Positions 12,602-25,400 of a DNA stretch of 64,000 nucleotides are shown in pieces. The notes beneath the pieces were generated by a model that worked only from the letters and a program-made list of their open reading frames with translations, was not told where the DNA came from and made no database searches. The position numbers and the translations under genes were made by a program. The stretch is from positions 248,001 through 312,000 of the forward strand of contig DF236970.1 in assembly GCA_000708835.1 (NCBI GenBank), in the 5' to 3' direction. Position 1 is the stretch's first letter, and every line of letters starts with the position of its first letter. The DNA comes from Klebsormidium nitens (lineage: Eukaryota > Plantae > Klebsormidiophyceae).

Positions 12602-15600
12602 TCACTGATTAATCCAAGAAACCTTCTCAGGCGATCCGAAAGTTCTGTCACCATCTCCAATTTGATAAATAGGGCCTATACAGAGCCGCCAGAGGTCGAG
12701 GATAATCGTCACCATCATGCCCGAAGCAAACGCGTCGATGGCTGCTTGGCCCACGGCCCACTGGACGTTGACCTTTTCGTCCATCCTGTGAGAGAGCAAA
12801 GAATGTTAGTGAATAGAATGGGCGAATGTTATCTAACGCCGAGAATTAATCCCCAAGACGAACAGAAGACCAGGCAAGTGCTGATGGTGGGAAGATCTCT
12901 TGTAAGGTAGATACGGTACGTACCTCTGGAGCAAAACAAGGGACAAGAAAACAGGAGGCTTCTAGCTCAACCCTGGCCAATCTACTTGGGGTCAAAACCT
13001 CCGCTTTCGAAAGGAGGCAGGTGCGCGGGTACTTGTTTCCGACGTCTCAGAGCTACAGAGTGCCGTTCAACTAGCAGGGAAAAGATTTTGAAGACACACA
13101 AAGGATTCGGGAAATGAATCATCGCTCACCGGAAATACATTGGGAAGCTGACGAAGAAGTAGATGGCGTAGAAGAGCGACCCCACTTTGTACATGGCCGC
13201 CTTGTCCACGAACGTGTAGTACTTGAACTGCGCGGAAAGAGAAGGGATCCCGGAGAGAAGCACTTTTGTTCATGACGGGCGCAAAGCTACTGACATAAGA
13301 CACCCGACTCTGTGGGAGGCAGAAAGGAGTCAATCAGCCGCTCAGCCCTTCAGACTTGATTGTAAAGAGATTCTGATTGTATTTGAAGAAGAAAACGTTT
13401 TACAAAGCGTAAGGCACTCGCTGCGAGTTACACGCGTCCCGACCGGCGGACTCGTGAGCATGGTCGATGTATGTTCTGGAGGTTTCATATCATGGAACCA
13501 GAACCTAACGCCTAAAACCAGGGCCATCCTCAGAAGGAGAGCACACCGAAGATGTGCCAAAGGTGTGCAGGATCTGCACCATACGCATTCAGCGGTACTG
13601 CATCTTGATCGACGAGCTCAACAGCGCAGGATATCCAACAAATCAGAGATGCACGAAAACCTCGTCCAGGTACAACTGCCCCGCTTGATACCTTCCTGAC
13701 TCTTCTAGCAACAACCTGAGATTAAGGATCGCATGAGCGACACTGTGCTCGACTCACGTGGGTGATTGTGAACGTCTCCATAAAAGCCGTGAAGTATGCG
13801 AACGCGATGACAACAACCGTGTTTGCGGCAAGTCGAACGGGGTAGCTGCGGCCCTTGATGGCGTGACTGAGCCGTCGCAACACGAGGTTGGAAAGAGTGT
13901 GGTAGAAGCAAAAGTAGGCGTGCGTCATCAGATAANNNNNNNNNNNNNNNNNNNNNNNNNNNNNNNNNNNNNNNNNNNNNNNNNNNNNNNNNNNNNNNNN
14001 NNNNNNNNNNNNNNNNNNNNNNNNNGGGAAAAGGTGTGGAATTTGCTATTGAGGTTAAGACGACTGGTTAGTGCGCGAGTTGAGGGCGTGTGTTAGAAGC
14101 AGAATTAGGCGTGCGTTATCTGGGATAGATGAAGGGCACCTACAGAAAAAGGAAGGTAAGATGTGAGGTTAAGATTCTGGGTTTGAGTCGATGGGTGCAT
14201 TGACGGCGCATAATAGTAGACGTGAGTCATCAAAACAGATTGGAAGGCACCGAGAAAAGGTCCGTTTCTCATGACCCGCTCTTGCGAAAATCTGCGTTCA
14301 GCCTGGGTGCCTTATCACAGTTACAATCTGCCTTCCCCGCAAATTCTCTCTGCCTGTACCTGACGCCAGACCCGTGATCGAAAGGGATGTGATTGAAAGG
14401 AAACTTGTGGAGAAACGCGGCGAATGAACTGAATGCAGTTTGAGGCGCAGAGCTTATGTTCAGAAGGTTAGCTTTTATGTGTCAGCCATGTGTTTTGATC
14501 TTGTTAATAGCAATGCTACAGTGAATGAGTCTCGCAGAGCCTCTTCGGCGAAGCACGGCTGGATTCCGCACTTCAGTACCTCGAAAACGCAACCCAAGTT
14601 GAGGGTCTGCAGAACGTCACCCCAGTCTTGAGAAACAGCGCAGGATTCTCCCGATTCAGCAGAGGGTTCGTAAGGTGTTTAGACACAATCTCGGTCCAAA
14701 TTTTGTGTCCGAAACATCTTTCTTCTTTATAAAAGATCCTACTGACTCAAGTGCCAGCTCCTTACGTCATTAAGGCGCCATGACGGGAAGGTGTAGGTCG
14801 CTCCTAGGAGGCTGTAGAAGTAGTGGGTCCAGAAGTAATTGCCAATGAAACTGAAAATGGCAATCCACACATTGGCCTGCAATGGAGAAGAGAACCGGCG
14901 GGTGAGTATAGACCGTTGGAGTCTGGTCTGAAAGGTCGGACATCTTCCAGTGGAGGCGTTTGTATTAGATCGGGTCTCGAAGTATCCTTCTGGACAGTAC
15001 TTGAGGTCTTGCCAAGGCTTGGACCATGATACGAAAGCTTGAGTTTTCTAGCAATTACGATCCGGTCAGCATGGCATGCGGAACGGGAAGAAGGCAACTC
15101 TGATGGATGCAGCGGACCCTGCTGCTCTTGCAGATCAATGTGCAAATCGCAGATGGTTCCTCTGAACATGGTGTGAACAGTACGGAAACAGCCTGCTTGG
15201 CAATCCAACAGCCTTGCTCGCTCAATAACAGAACTCGCCAGAAGAGCTTTCTGAAGTGAAACTGCGAAGAAATGAACAAAGTTTCTCCGTCTCTTAACAG
15301 CAGATTTAAGACTTGGAGCACGTAAAAGTGTACCCACCTTTACCCAGTGGCGTTCGTGATAGGGCCTTCCACGGTCTGCCTGTCACACAAGATGGTTTGC
15401 AAGTATGGGAAATTCAGAGGAGAAAGTTTAACCACTGAAGAACTTTGACATTTTGTAACTTGAGCTTCAAAGTGTATCGCTCCTGTCTGGAGGGTGAGGA
15501 GTTTCACTACGAAGTTGCAAAAAGGATCACATGATGCATCTTACAAGCTTCGCTCTGATTCTGGAAGCATGTACCCCTGCCTTTTGAACCCAAAGCGTGC

Positions 15601-16556
15601 TTCTTGAACCGGATAGCAGGCACACATGTATTCGAAAGCTCTTGAAAGTATGGTCGAATCTTAAATGCAATCTGCTGTTGAACCCTGCATGGCACCTACC
15701 CCGCTTTTTCAAAACCCGATGCAGCCAGGGCTCCGAACCTTTGTCAAGAATACTAGTGCACACCAGCGAGAGAAAGTTCTGAGGAAGACGCCACACACAA
15801 TTGAGAGCTACAAGTCGGCACTGGATGCGGAAAGGGCGGCAGAGCGTTTGTTGGTCCTGACAGTGTCAAAAGAGCAAGGGGATCCAAATGTTTCTACATG
15901 CTCACCTTCCCCACGATGAAAATTGGCAGAATGCAACACGGGAGCGCCGCTGCAAGGCCCACAATGAGGTACTCCAACTCGTTAAAACGCTGCACGATTG
16001 ACAGACACAATCTAGTGAACGCTGAATCGTCAACATTCTGAATGCCCTCCGGGTTTTCAGGTCCACTGATATCAGGATCTGAACAACCCGTGAAGCTTTG
16101 TCAAGCTGGGATTTCGTATGGACGTCAATTGGCAAGACAAAGAAAGTTCCTTCTGTTCATGTCCAGCGCTGAGGTCATGGATCATTCTCCAATCAGAATA
16201 AGTCGAGTATTTACTACTCTTGCCTCTGTAGAAACCCCAGCATGGTGGCAAAGTAGGATGTCACATCCTGCTGCCTAAGATCTCTTCAATGTTTGGATTG
16301 CCCCTGAAAAACAGAGCCCCCAGAGTTGGCGAAGGCTGGCCCTGAAAGAACGCTCATTTTTCTTTGAAGCCGACCGATGCCTCACCTCATACAGCTGAAA
16401 CGGGACAACAATACCAAGGGCCCAAATGATCCACACTGGACTGTACCAGAGAAAGAAGCGCTCCGTCCATCGCTTGCTGGGGCTTTCAGCGAGCCACAGG
16501 CTCTGTGTCTTTTGCAGACCTGCAGAAGTGGGGCTGAGACCTTGAGATGATTTCAA
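12602..16556 (-). CDS. CPI1: Cycloeucalenol cycloisomerase (cyclopropyl sterol isomerase); true first exon uncertain, one exon interrupted by an N gap
   Basis: Exon peptides SLWLAESPSKRWTERFFLWYSPVW, FNELEYLIVGLAAALP, ADRGRPYHERHWVK, ANVWIAIFSFIGNYFWTHYFYSLLGATYTFPSW, YLMTHAYFCFYHTLSN, FKYYTFVDKAAMYKVGSLFYAIYFFVSFPMYFR, MVTIILDLWRLCIGPI are collinear with Arabidopsis CPI1 as recalled. Confidence 0.92.
13936..14025. other. Assembly gap (N run) removing the 5' part of a CPI1 exon
   Basis: Run of N directly abutting the codons for YLMTH on the minus strand. Confidence 0.98.
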
Positions 16557-18088
16557 GCTAACGCACAGTGAACATGGCTGATTGCCGATTCACAAACGCA
16601 TCCATGTCGAGGTCAGTCCACAGATGTCCAGTAAAGTGCCTTTGACCTGATTTTGGTCGAAGAATCATGTTTTAACGCATGGTGGCTCTGAAAACTCCAG
16701 AAGGCAGTAGAAAGGGTCGGCAATCAAAGTTGGGTGAAAGGGCAATGTACACCAAAGTAAAGGGCGTAGAATGCAATGTCATCATTGCCCCATAGAGAGC
16801 GGGAAGGCCACAGTCGGCAAGAGAAGAAACACACAAGGAATCAATGCAACATGAGGCTTTGCCGGTGCCAAGTGTTCCTATCCACACACTTCTATTATTT
16901 TAATGGTACACTCTAGGAGAAGAAGAATGGTCTGTGACCACTCAAGGTCCGCGAAAGAAGCATTTGCTATAAAAGTGTGCAAAGGAGCAGAGAGAGGCTC
17001 GAGAAGTCTGGCGCATACCTCGACTAGGGTCAGGTTCTTCTGCCTGTTTCGGGGCCGCCATCAATGTCACTGAGTTGTGGTAAAATGCAGCAAGGATCTC
17101 TGCCGTGGAGGAATCTTACTGTCCCAATGCTTAGATGCTGATGCAACCAGCAACATGTGCTTCTGAAACCTCAATCCGCTAAGGTGCTGCAAATTGATGC
17201 AGTGAAAATGCACGCAGGCCGAATGCAACACCAGGGAACAGCGTGTCAACCACTCCTGTCACAATTAAAAGCTGGAAAGGCGTGCTTCAAAGAGTTTCGG
17301 CATCCGCTAGACGAATCAGTCTCATGGATCACGTGTATGAGGAGCGATCAATGCGGGAGTTGCTGCGCATGAGCAGAAGTGCTGCATCAGGATTAGGGTT
17401 TGAAGCAGTGTTGCTCAGCGTCAGAGCAGAAGAGGCTTCTCAATCAAGGCCCGCGCTTTCTCCTGCCAAAGTCAACACTCTCACTGGCGCGGCAAAGTCG
17501 CCAGAAAAGCTGTTCCTTGTTTTGGCCCGGGTGCTTGCGCCCTCTTTCGTCATGACTCATGTCATGAGACCACATCTGCCTCAAGACTATCCTACTATTC
17601 CTAGGTATTTAAAAGTCCAGACCCATCCAGACCCATCCAGACCCCATCTGGACAATTCGGACAATTTGGCGGGAGGGGTAAGAAGACGGACGGCTGCGAT
17701 ATCTAGATATCTAGATCGGACGGCGCGGTAAGGTTCATCTTCCAATGTCGTCACTTTTCTGCGAGCCATTTCCGCGTCCGCGAAAAGTCACCCTTCCACG
17801 AATCTGCCCTCCTTGCTTCGCACTGAGAAGAAAACAGGAAGAAAACGTCTCAAATGTCATGATCAGATTCCGAGTCCTTGCATGCGAAGTCTGATCTTGC
17901 AAAGGCGCCCCTCCTCCGCCTTTCCGCCTTCTTCAGAAACAGGGACTCAAGGGAGTCCACCAGGCTTTTCTAATCATCGGTATTCGCAGAGATCTAACCA
18001 GAGAACGCTTCACAGGTCGCCTCTGAGAAGGGTTCTGGTTTCACCGACTGCGGCGGAGGCAGTTTCATCACCAATTTCTGATCAACAC

Positions 18089-21000
18089 ATGCTGACTGGT
18101 GCCCCCTATCTGAGCAGGGCACTTTTCCAGCGAATTACCGCTACTCTAAGACAAGCCTCCGCTCTCAGCACGATTAAACAGCAGCCGCACACTCGAATCA
18201 TTTCCCAATCCTTCACAGCAAGGTTCTTCACGATGGGGCTGAGAAAGGAGAAAACAAAGTTAAGCACGAAACTAGCAATCATTGGATCGGGCCCTGCGGC
18301 ACACACTGCCGCAGTATATGCGGCGCGCGCGCAACTCGAGCCTGTTCTCTTTGAGGGGTGGCTGGCGAATGGGATTGCTGCGGGCGGCCAATTGACCACC
18401 ACAACCGACGTTGAGAACTTCCCTGGCTTTCCTGAAGGCATCCATGGCTCTGAGCTGACTGACAAATTCCGAGCGCAGAGCGAGCGGTTCGGCACCCAGA
18501 TCTTCTCTGAGACGGTGAATAGAGTGGACTTCTCGAAGCGGCCGTTCACGCTGTGGACGGATGAGAAGGAGGTGACGGCAGAGACGGTGATTGTGGCCAC
18601 TGGGGCGATTGCGAAAAGGCTCGAATTCAAGGGCTCGGGGGAGGTTGGCGGTTTCTGGAACAAGGGCATCTCGGCGTGCGCGGTGTGCGACGGGGCCGCT
18701 CCAATCTTTCGAAATGTGCCGTTGGTCGTGATCGGGGGCGGTGACTCTGCCATGGAGGAGGCGATCTTCCTGACGAAGTATGGGTCCAAGGTTTACATCA
18801 TCCACAGGAGGGACGAGTTTAGGGCGAGCAAGATCATGCAGAAACGGGCGTTAGAGCACCCGAAGATTGAGGTACTCTGGAACACTGTTGTGAACGAGGC
18901 GTATGGGAACGAGAAGGGCAGGCTGGGTGGACTGAAGGTGCAGAATGTTGTAACGGGGGCCGTGACAGATCTTCCGGTGAACGGTCTCTTCTTTGCGATA
19001 GGGCATGAGCCTGCGACCAAGTTCTTGGACGGACAGCTGGCGATGGACGAGGATGGTGAGATCTGGACTTCCTTTCACAATTTGCCTTTCAGGATCACAA
19101 AGGTTTCTGCAACAGATCTGTTAATGTGCATAAGGTCACTGCCCCCGATCCTACGTGCTACTAAACTGCCTGCTATCATGCACTGGCAAAGACTTGATTA
19201 AAAGCTTCTTGGAAATTCCAGACAAGCAGTTTGGCAATTTGCTTGGTCTTGGCTGGCTCCGACTGGTAATATTTCATTTCTGAGCTTCCTTAAGACCCTC
19301 CCCCTCCGTGCAACTGTTTCTTCCCCCTCCCTAGCATAAGTGGTGGCAGATTGAGTCCTTGTCTTTGAACAAGTTTGTATGCAAACAAAGTTTACCAATC
19401 AGGGGAGGAGACCTGTGAAGCAGGCTGCATGTCAAATGAAGGTGGTAGTTGAAATTAGGCTAGCTGCGGTGATCACATGCCTCGCTGACGCAATTACTCA
19501 ACAATCATTTCAAAATGTGTGCTTGACATAGAGATTAGTCTGGGTTGCCCCCTCGTTGGAGTGCACGGTGCTTGATCTGGAGATTTGCTTAAGGATGTGA
19601 AAAGGTGGTACTATTCTGGCATTGGCCCCTTACTAGATGGATCGTCTGCATGTTGATACTAATGAAGGAACAGCTCACATTGACTTGTTGCTCATGGGAC
19701 TGGATTGAACGAAGAACGGAGTGAATCGTTCCCAAGAGGGTCTGAACCAGTATCGCAGGGACTGAATAAGGCTCAGTGAATGACCGAGTAAAAGACTCCA
19801 GCTACCTGGATAAAGGCATTGTGCCAAGCTGAATGCGGCGATCGAATGTTGCATTAGTCACTCAAAGCAAGCTCCAAGACAACAAACGCTTCATACGCCT
19901 CTTGTTCTAACATGGAGTGTGTGCCCTTGTTGGTGCAGATTACATCAAGGTCACGCCTGGGACAACAGAAACTAGTGTGGAGGGAGTGTTTGCCGCAGGC
20001 GACGTGCAGGACAAGAAATGGCGACAGGCGATCACAGCCGCAGGTAAGTCATCAGTGGGTTTGGCGTGCTTGAGGGTGCAGAAGTCGGAGTCAAGGGCCC
20101 CACAGGCTGAGCGGACGTGGTGGTTTGGACTGAAAAGAAGGGTGGACGGGGGGATCCCCATGGTGCTGCTCTTTCATTAAGAAAAATTGCGTTGCGCCTA
20201 GTTTCCTGGATTAGAATCGTTTACTCGTTTCTGATCAGTTGCTGATGGTAGAGAAAATACTATCTGGCAATGTGTTTCACATCAAAACCGAGATTAGGAT
20301 CTTTGTCAGACCCTTCGGCGCCAATTGCAGCCGCACCTTCTTTTGTTTTTGGTCGCATTAATGGCTGTGCATGTCCCACATATTGAAGGGCTTTTGATTT
20401 TCATGGAACAGTGTGCGTTTGTAGCCCCTTCTCACACTACGCGAGGGGCCATGAAATGTTATGTTGCTTCCAACGATAACCTCTGGCTTTTCTATCTGTG
20501 AAGGTTTGCAAGAGACTAGGCCCTTGTAAAAATATTGTGTTTGGGCGCCTGTTTCAGGAAGGCAGTCCGCATAGTCGGTGTCACCCAGCTAGAACCAGCG
20601 ACTCAAAGTTTGGTTACAAAACGGTCCAGGTTTTGCACTCGCCGCATTGAATGTAGCAACGTCTGTGCTGCGTGGCTACTTAAGGTCATCAAGATACTCC
20701 ATGCAAAGAACCGCGCGAGGAAGTTTGAGCCCTTGAACGCCGGTTGGAACAAGCCACCGATGTTTTGGAACCCAAGTTCATAATCAACTTCTACTCCTCG
20801 TGCAGGGACGGGCTGCATGGCCGCGCTCCAAGTGGAGCACTTTCTGGAGTTGCACGGAATCCAGGAGGGCAAGTCGGACCCGGTCCAAAGCGAGCAGGTC
20901 CGCAACGACACGTCCAAACTCGCGGACCAGCACGGGGAGCGCAACGAGCTTCTGCCCGACCACCGGCCAGAGAAGCAAGAGAACTTCGAAGATGACCATT

Positions 21001-21113
21001 CACACCTCGTATTGCCCCCACGCAGCGATGAGCCGATGGCGGACGGGGAAAGCAAGCCGATGGCGGATGTGGCTGAGAGCAAGCCGTTGAAGCAGCTTGT
21101 TGCTAGCATGTAA
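18089..21113 (+). CDS. NTR: NADPH-dependent thioredoxin reductase, low-MW NTRA/NTRB type, with N-terminal presequence and C-terminal extension
   Basis: [39 protein letters not shown] (CxxC), [34 protein letters not shown]|TGCMAAL. Exons 18089-19055, 19939-20043, 20806-21113. Further in-frame ATGs at 17882 and 18233. Confidence 0.95.
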
Positions 21114-22481
21114 GAGGTGTTCGGGAAGTCGGGATCGTTGCTGGGGTTGACTATTTAGCGAATATTGAATTAAGGAATCCGTTGGATGCGGATGTGCTGG
21201 CTTTATCCATATTTGGAACGAACAGATATCAACTTTGGGTGACGTTGTGGTAAATGGATCGGGTAGGATTTTGTCGGGGATATGGCCTTCCCTGGTCCAG
21301 CTCGCTGCCGCGATATTCTTTAGGTGCATGGAATACTACACCTCTGCTGGTCAATGATACTGGTCGGAACTTGTAAGTACACAGTATATTATAATAGTTG
21401 CATATGATCTGCGAAGGAGGGCTGGAGTCCGACCCTTCTTGGAGCTGTCTACGAAGTTCAGGCTGCACTTGATGTTGTCTAGCGCGGGTGTGCCCCCAGG
21501 ATTTGGATGGAGCCTGGCCTTTGCGCGGATAAGTTGATTGATTAAAGTATCAGTCAGGATAGCCCTACGAATGATTGATTAGAGTATGATTAATCATGCA
21601 GAACTTTTCGGCTCGGAAATCATAAAAGCCTGAGCTAACCGAATATCCCCATAATACCATGGCTTGCATATGCTGACACCGGCATTGAGGCGCAAATTTC
21701 TGATCCCTTTGTCATAAATTGCACATGAATGCGTACGATTTGTTGATTCCAATAAAATACCTCCAAAGCTGCTCGAGAATATTGTGAGCAACAAATTGGA
21801 GATGGAAATTTCCGAATTGACGTCCCGCGGTACGTCCCCATGCGGCATCATGGCATATATGCCCGGCCACATACTAGTACGTTGAGTTGCATGGGTCACT
21901 GACTCAATTCCTGCAAGGTTATGACGGTTAGTATAGGTCGATGTATCATTACCGTCCAAGCAACTAGGTTATGAACTCGTGCTGCCGCATGTGCTACAGT
22001 GATAGCTTAACTTGGATCATCACCTATTGCGGTACGCACCTTGAGAGCTGCCGCTCGCGCATCATGCCGAATCATAGGAACGGGCGGTCGCGTGATTACC
22101 TGTTAAGGAGATCTACTAAATGATCAAGGTACGCGGCATGATGTGCTCGCTGTTCGTTATGGCGGTGACCGTCAAAGCTTCCTTGAAGTGACCAGTAAGG
22201 CCAGGCTCCTGCGCAATTGCGCAGATACATTTGCTCAGATTGAATCTACCTTAATCCGGATATCGCGTGCCAGTCCTATACCCTCGTCAGTCCACTCTGA
22301 ACACCAGCTCGCTAAAAGGTTTGATGGGTTCTATCGGTAGGTCTTCGTCAAGATTATAGACCTGGAGGTAGAAACGTTGGCTGGATTAACAAGTGCAACA
22401 ACAGAATCATAAGCAAGACGTACCAAATGACGCAAAACCTATCGATTAGCGGCTGCATTCTAATAGGAAGGGTCCGCTCTA

Positions 22482-25400
22482 CTACGTGTCTCTGTTCTTC
22501 ACTCCGGGAGGCGTGTACTCGTAATGCTTGAGGGCCTCCATCAGGTCTTCAAGGAGGGGTGGAAAGTCGTCGATGATAAGGTCGTCGATCAGGATCCGAA
22601 GGATGTACGTCTCGTCAATAGATCTTGCCGTCACGTCCATATTGATGCTCGAGACTCTGATCTGCAAACACGAATGAAAGGAGCCCATGAGACTCGTCCA
22701 TCGACCATGCACTCTGCTACGAGAGGATTCAGGATGAAGTGACGCAAAGATGATGTACGCAAAGCGGACCTCTATGAGTGGGCTCATCCCTCTTCCAGTC
22801 AAGGCCACAGTGCACGAGTTGCGGATTACACAGCTTCCTGGACAGCTTGCTGTAAAAATGGGGATTCAAAGTGCACTTAACAAAGGCATAAGAAAAGGCG
22901 TTCATTGCCTTACTCGACTCCTGGTTTAAGGAAGCGGACAAACATGAGCCGACGCTTTTCCCTTACTCCGCGGTAGATGCCAGAAAAGTTTGCTCGTCAA
23001 AGGCTGCCTTACACCACTACTTCAAGAGTCCTATTATGAGACAGACCTTGGCTGTCGTGCAGCACACACGCTGACTATCAACCTGAGCCGTCCCCTCAAG
23101 TGGATTTACCCGCGAGTTGTTACAAAACAAGGAAACACAACGCGCTCTACAGGAGCCAAAGGGCGGCATGAACGGAACACCCGCAAACAGTCGATCACAG
23201 CAACGGCTTACTCGTTCCCAGTCGGGCCCGCGCTCGCGCATGCGCCGCGCCAGCTCGTTCATCAGCGCGCGCTCCCCGATGATCGTCCCGGCGCCCACCT
23301 CCCAGTGGCGCTTACTGCGGTGGTCGCCCCGCTCTGCCGTCTCGCTGTCGGTGGAGTCCCAGTCGTCAGCGCTGGAGACGTCGGTGGCATCGCTGCTGAC
23401 GCTGAAGTCGTCGCCTCGGTGCTTAGTCCTGCGCAGATATGAGTAGAACGGAGTTAAAAAAGCTTAAGTGTGTGTTTGAGGTGAACTCCTCTGCGCTGCT
23501 GACACTAAAGTCGTCGCCCCTGTGCTTAGTCCTGCGCAGATGTGAATAGGAAGCGGTTACGAAAGCTTAACCTTGTTGAAGGTAGAGCCCGTTGGGTCAT
23601 AAGGAACTGATTCTTATGCTGGAGGCAAAGCCTGAGGAGCTAAGATACAAGTTCGGAACTAAAGCGCCAAAAAGTGAGTGCCAATCTCTGACAGGCTGAG
23701 AGCGCAGGGAGTGGACTTTGGGGTTAAACATGGGGCAAAGCATCGAGCCTGATCCAGAACAAGAATATATTTGAGAAACACAAGGATTGAGCCATAAACG
23801 AGTGAGTTCTGTGCTTATAGGAACAATGACGGGACGAGCTACTCAGCCGAATGAAGTTAAGGAAACGAAGGGGTATCATCCAGTGGGCCAGATAAGAAAA
23901 AAGCTTTGCTACACTAAGCAAATGACTTCTCTTCTGGAAAGGACTTGCCTTGTCTGCCGGCGATAGCGCGGTTACCGCCCAGTAAGAGATAGTAGACAAC
24001 TGTAGAAAAACAAAGTTGTTGACCAAACAGATACATGATCACGCTTCGCTAATCTCCAGGGCTTGCAAGTCCCGTCTCACGCACAGGACAACGTGAGTGC
24101 GCATGAAAAGAGGACCGGGAAAACTTTGCAACGGGGTACTACGAATGGACAGCGCATACCTTGTGAACCATTCCTTGATCTGGCTGGCCTTCTCTTTCGT
24201 CCAACTCCGTCGTCTGCCTTGTCTAGGCGCCGAGCGGAACCCGCCGTTCTTCCAATCCCCCTCTGGGTCCTGCAGTTGCAGAAGATAGAACTTTCCCGGA
24301 AGGTCCACGGAAGTCAACTAAGTTCTACTTTTTGCATGAGACTTCGGCGTACGATCACCATCTGCGCCGCTGGCCGACTTGACTGGCCCTGACGACATTT
24401 CGCGGCCCCTTTTTGGGGGCCTTGCGTGTTACCCTGTGCAGCAGAGTGGAATTGGGGATACATTCTAGCATCCTGCGGAAAGAAGAGGTAGGAGTGACAT
24501 TTCGGAAGTTATCTTTCTCAGAAGCGGGATGCATTGACTACCGACAAATTACACGTCACATGCCCGTAAGGCCGAGTAATTAGCTTCCCGGTCATTAGAG
24601 CGTCGGCAAATTCGATATTGCACTCGTAGCCTCTTGCAGCTTTCAACAGGTCTCTTCTTCGTAGCTTCTTCAGATTCAGGAAGAAATCGTGCTCGAAGGC
24701 TTCCTCCAATACAGATTCAAAGAACCTGCACCCGGTGAAGCAAGAAGCGGATCTGCGAATACGTCGCAAAATCAAGGAAGGAAGCGCTTACATTGCACAG
24801 GTCCTCGTTTGGCTCGTGGCTTTCGACGGCACGCGACGAGGAGATGACAAGGTGCCCTTTCCAGACGACGTAGAGGCTCCGACTGATCTGCCCTTCCCGA
24901 ACCACGTAATCGCCGGGAGGGCTCAGCTGGCGATTAGCCTGGCTCAAAATGGCTCGCAGGTAGGGGAAGTAGTGTGGGAATAAAGCGCTGCAAAGAACAC
25001 AGTCAAACGTGTACCTTATTTCAGTCTACTTGAGAGCCCATTTGTACTCTTTCGTGTGAGTTGCCTGCCTGACCTGTCCCTAGATGTTTCCTACGTTCTT
25101 GAGCCGGAACTCTCCGATTGTGTTCTGAGCTCAAGCCGCGGAATCCGATGGCTTCAAAAAGCGCCGGATCAATGAGCTCACAAGCAGGGACGGAAAGTGG
25201 ACAAAAGAAAGGTGTTGCCGCGTAAGACGCTGACACGTCACCACAAGTGCAGTAGTATTCCAGGTCAAAGATAAAGAAACTTCTGTCGCTCCCCCGGGGA
25301 ACTCAGTTGTGCCCGAACAAGAAGGTCGGAACGGAAGTGATACCAAGCAATCTCAAATGTGCGTCGTTCTATTCCGCTTGAGTGCACAGCGGAGTTTCTT

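Noticed and set aside
19056-21113. Selenocysteine (UGA) readthrough in the thioredoxin reductase, given PSTK nearby
   Set aside because: This is the low-MW CxxC NTR type; the ORF ends in TAA without a GCUG tail and no SECIS was recognised.
21594-21959. 121-aa minus-strand ORF between NTR and the channel gene
   Set aside because: No motif or splice support; lies in a decayed intergenic block.
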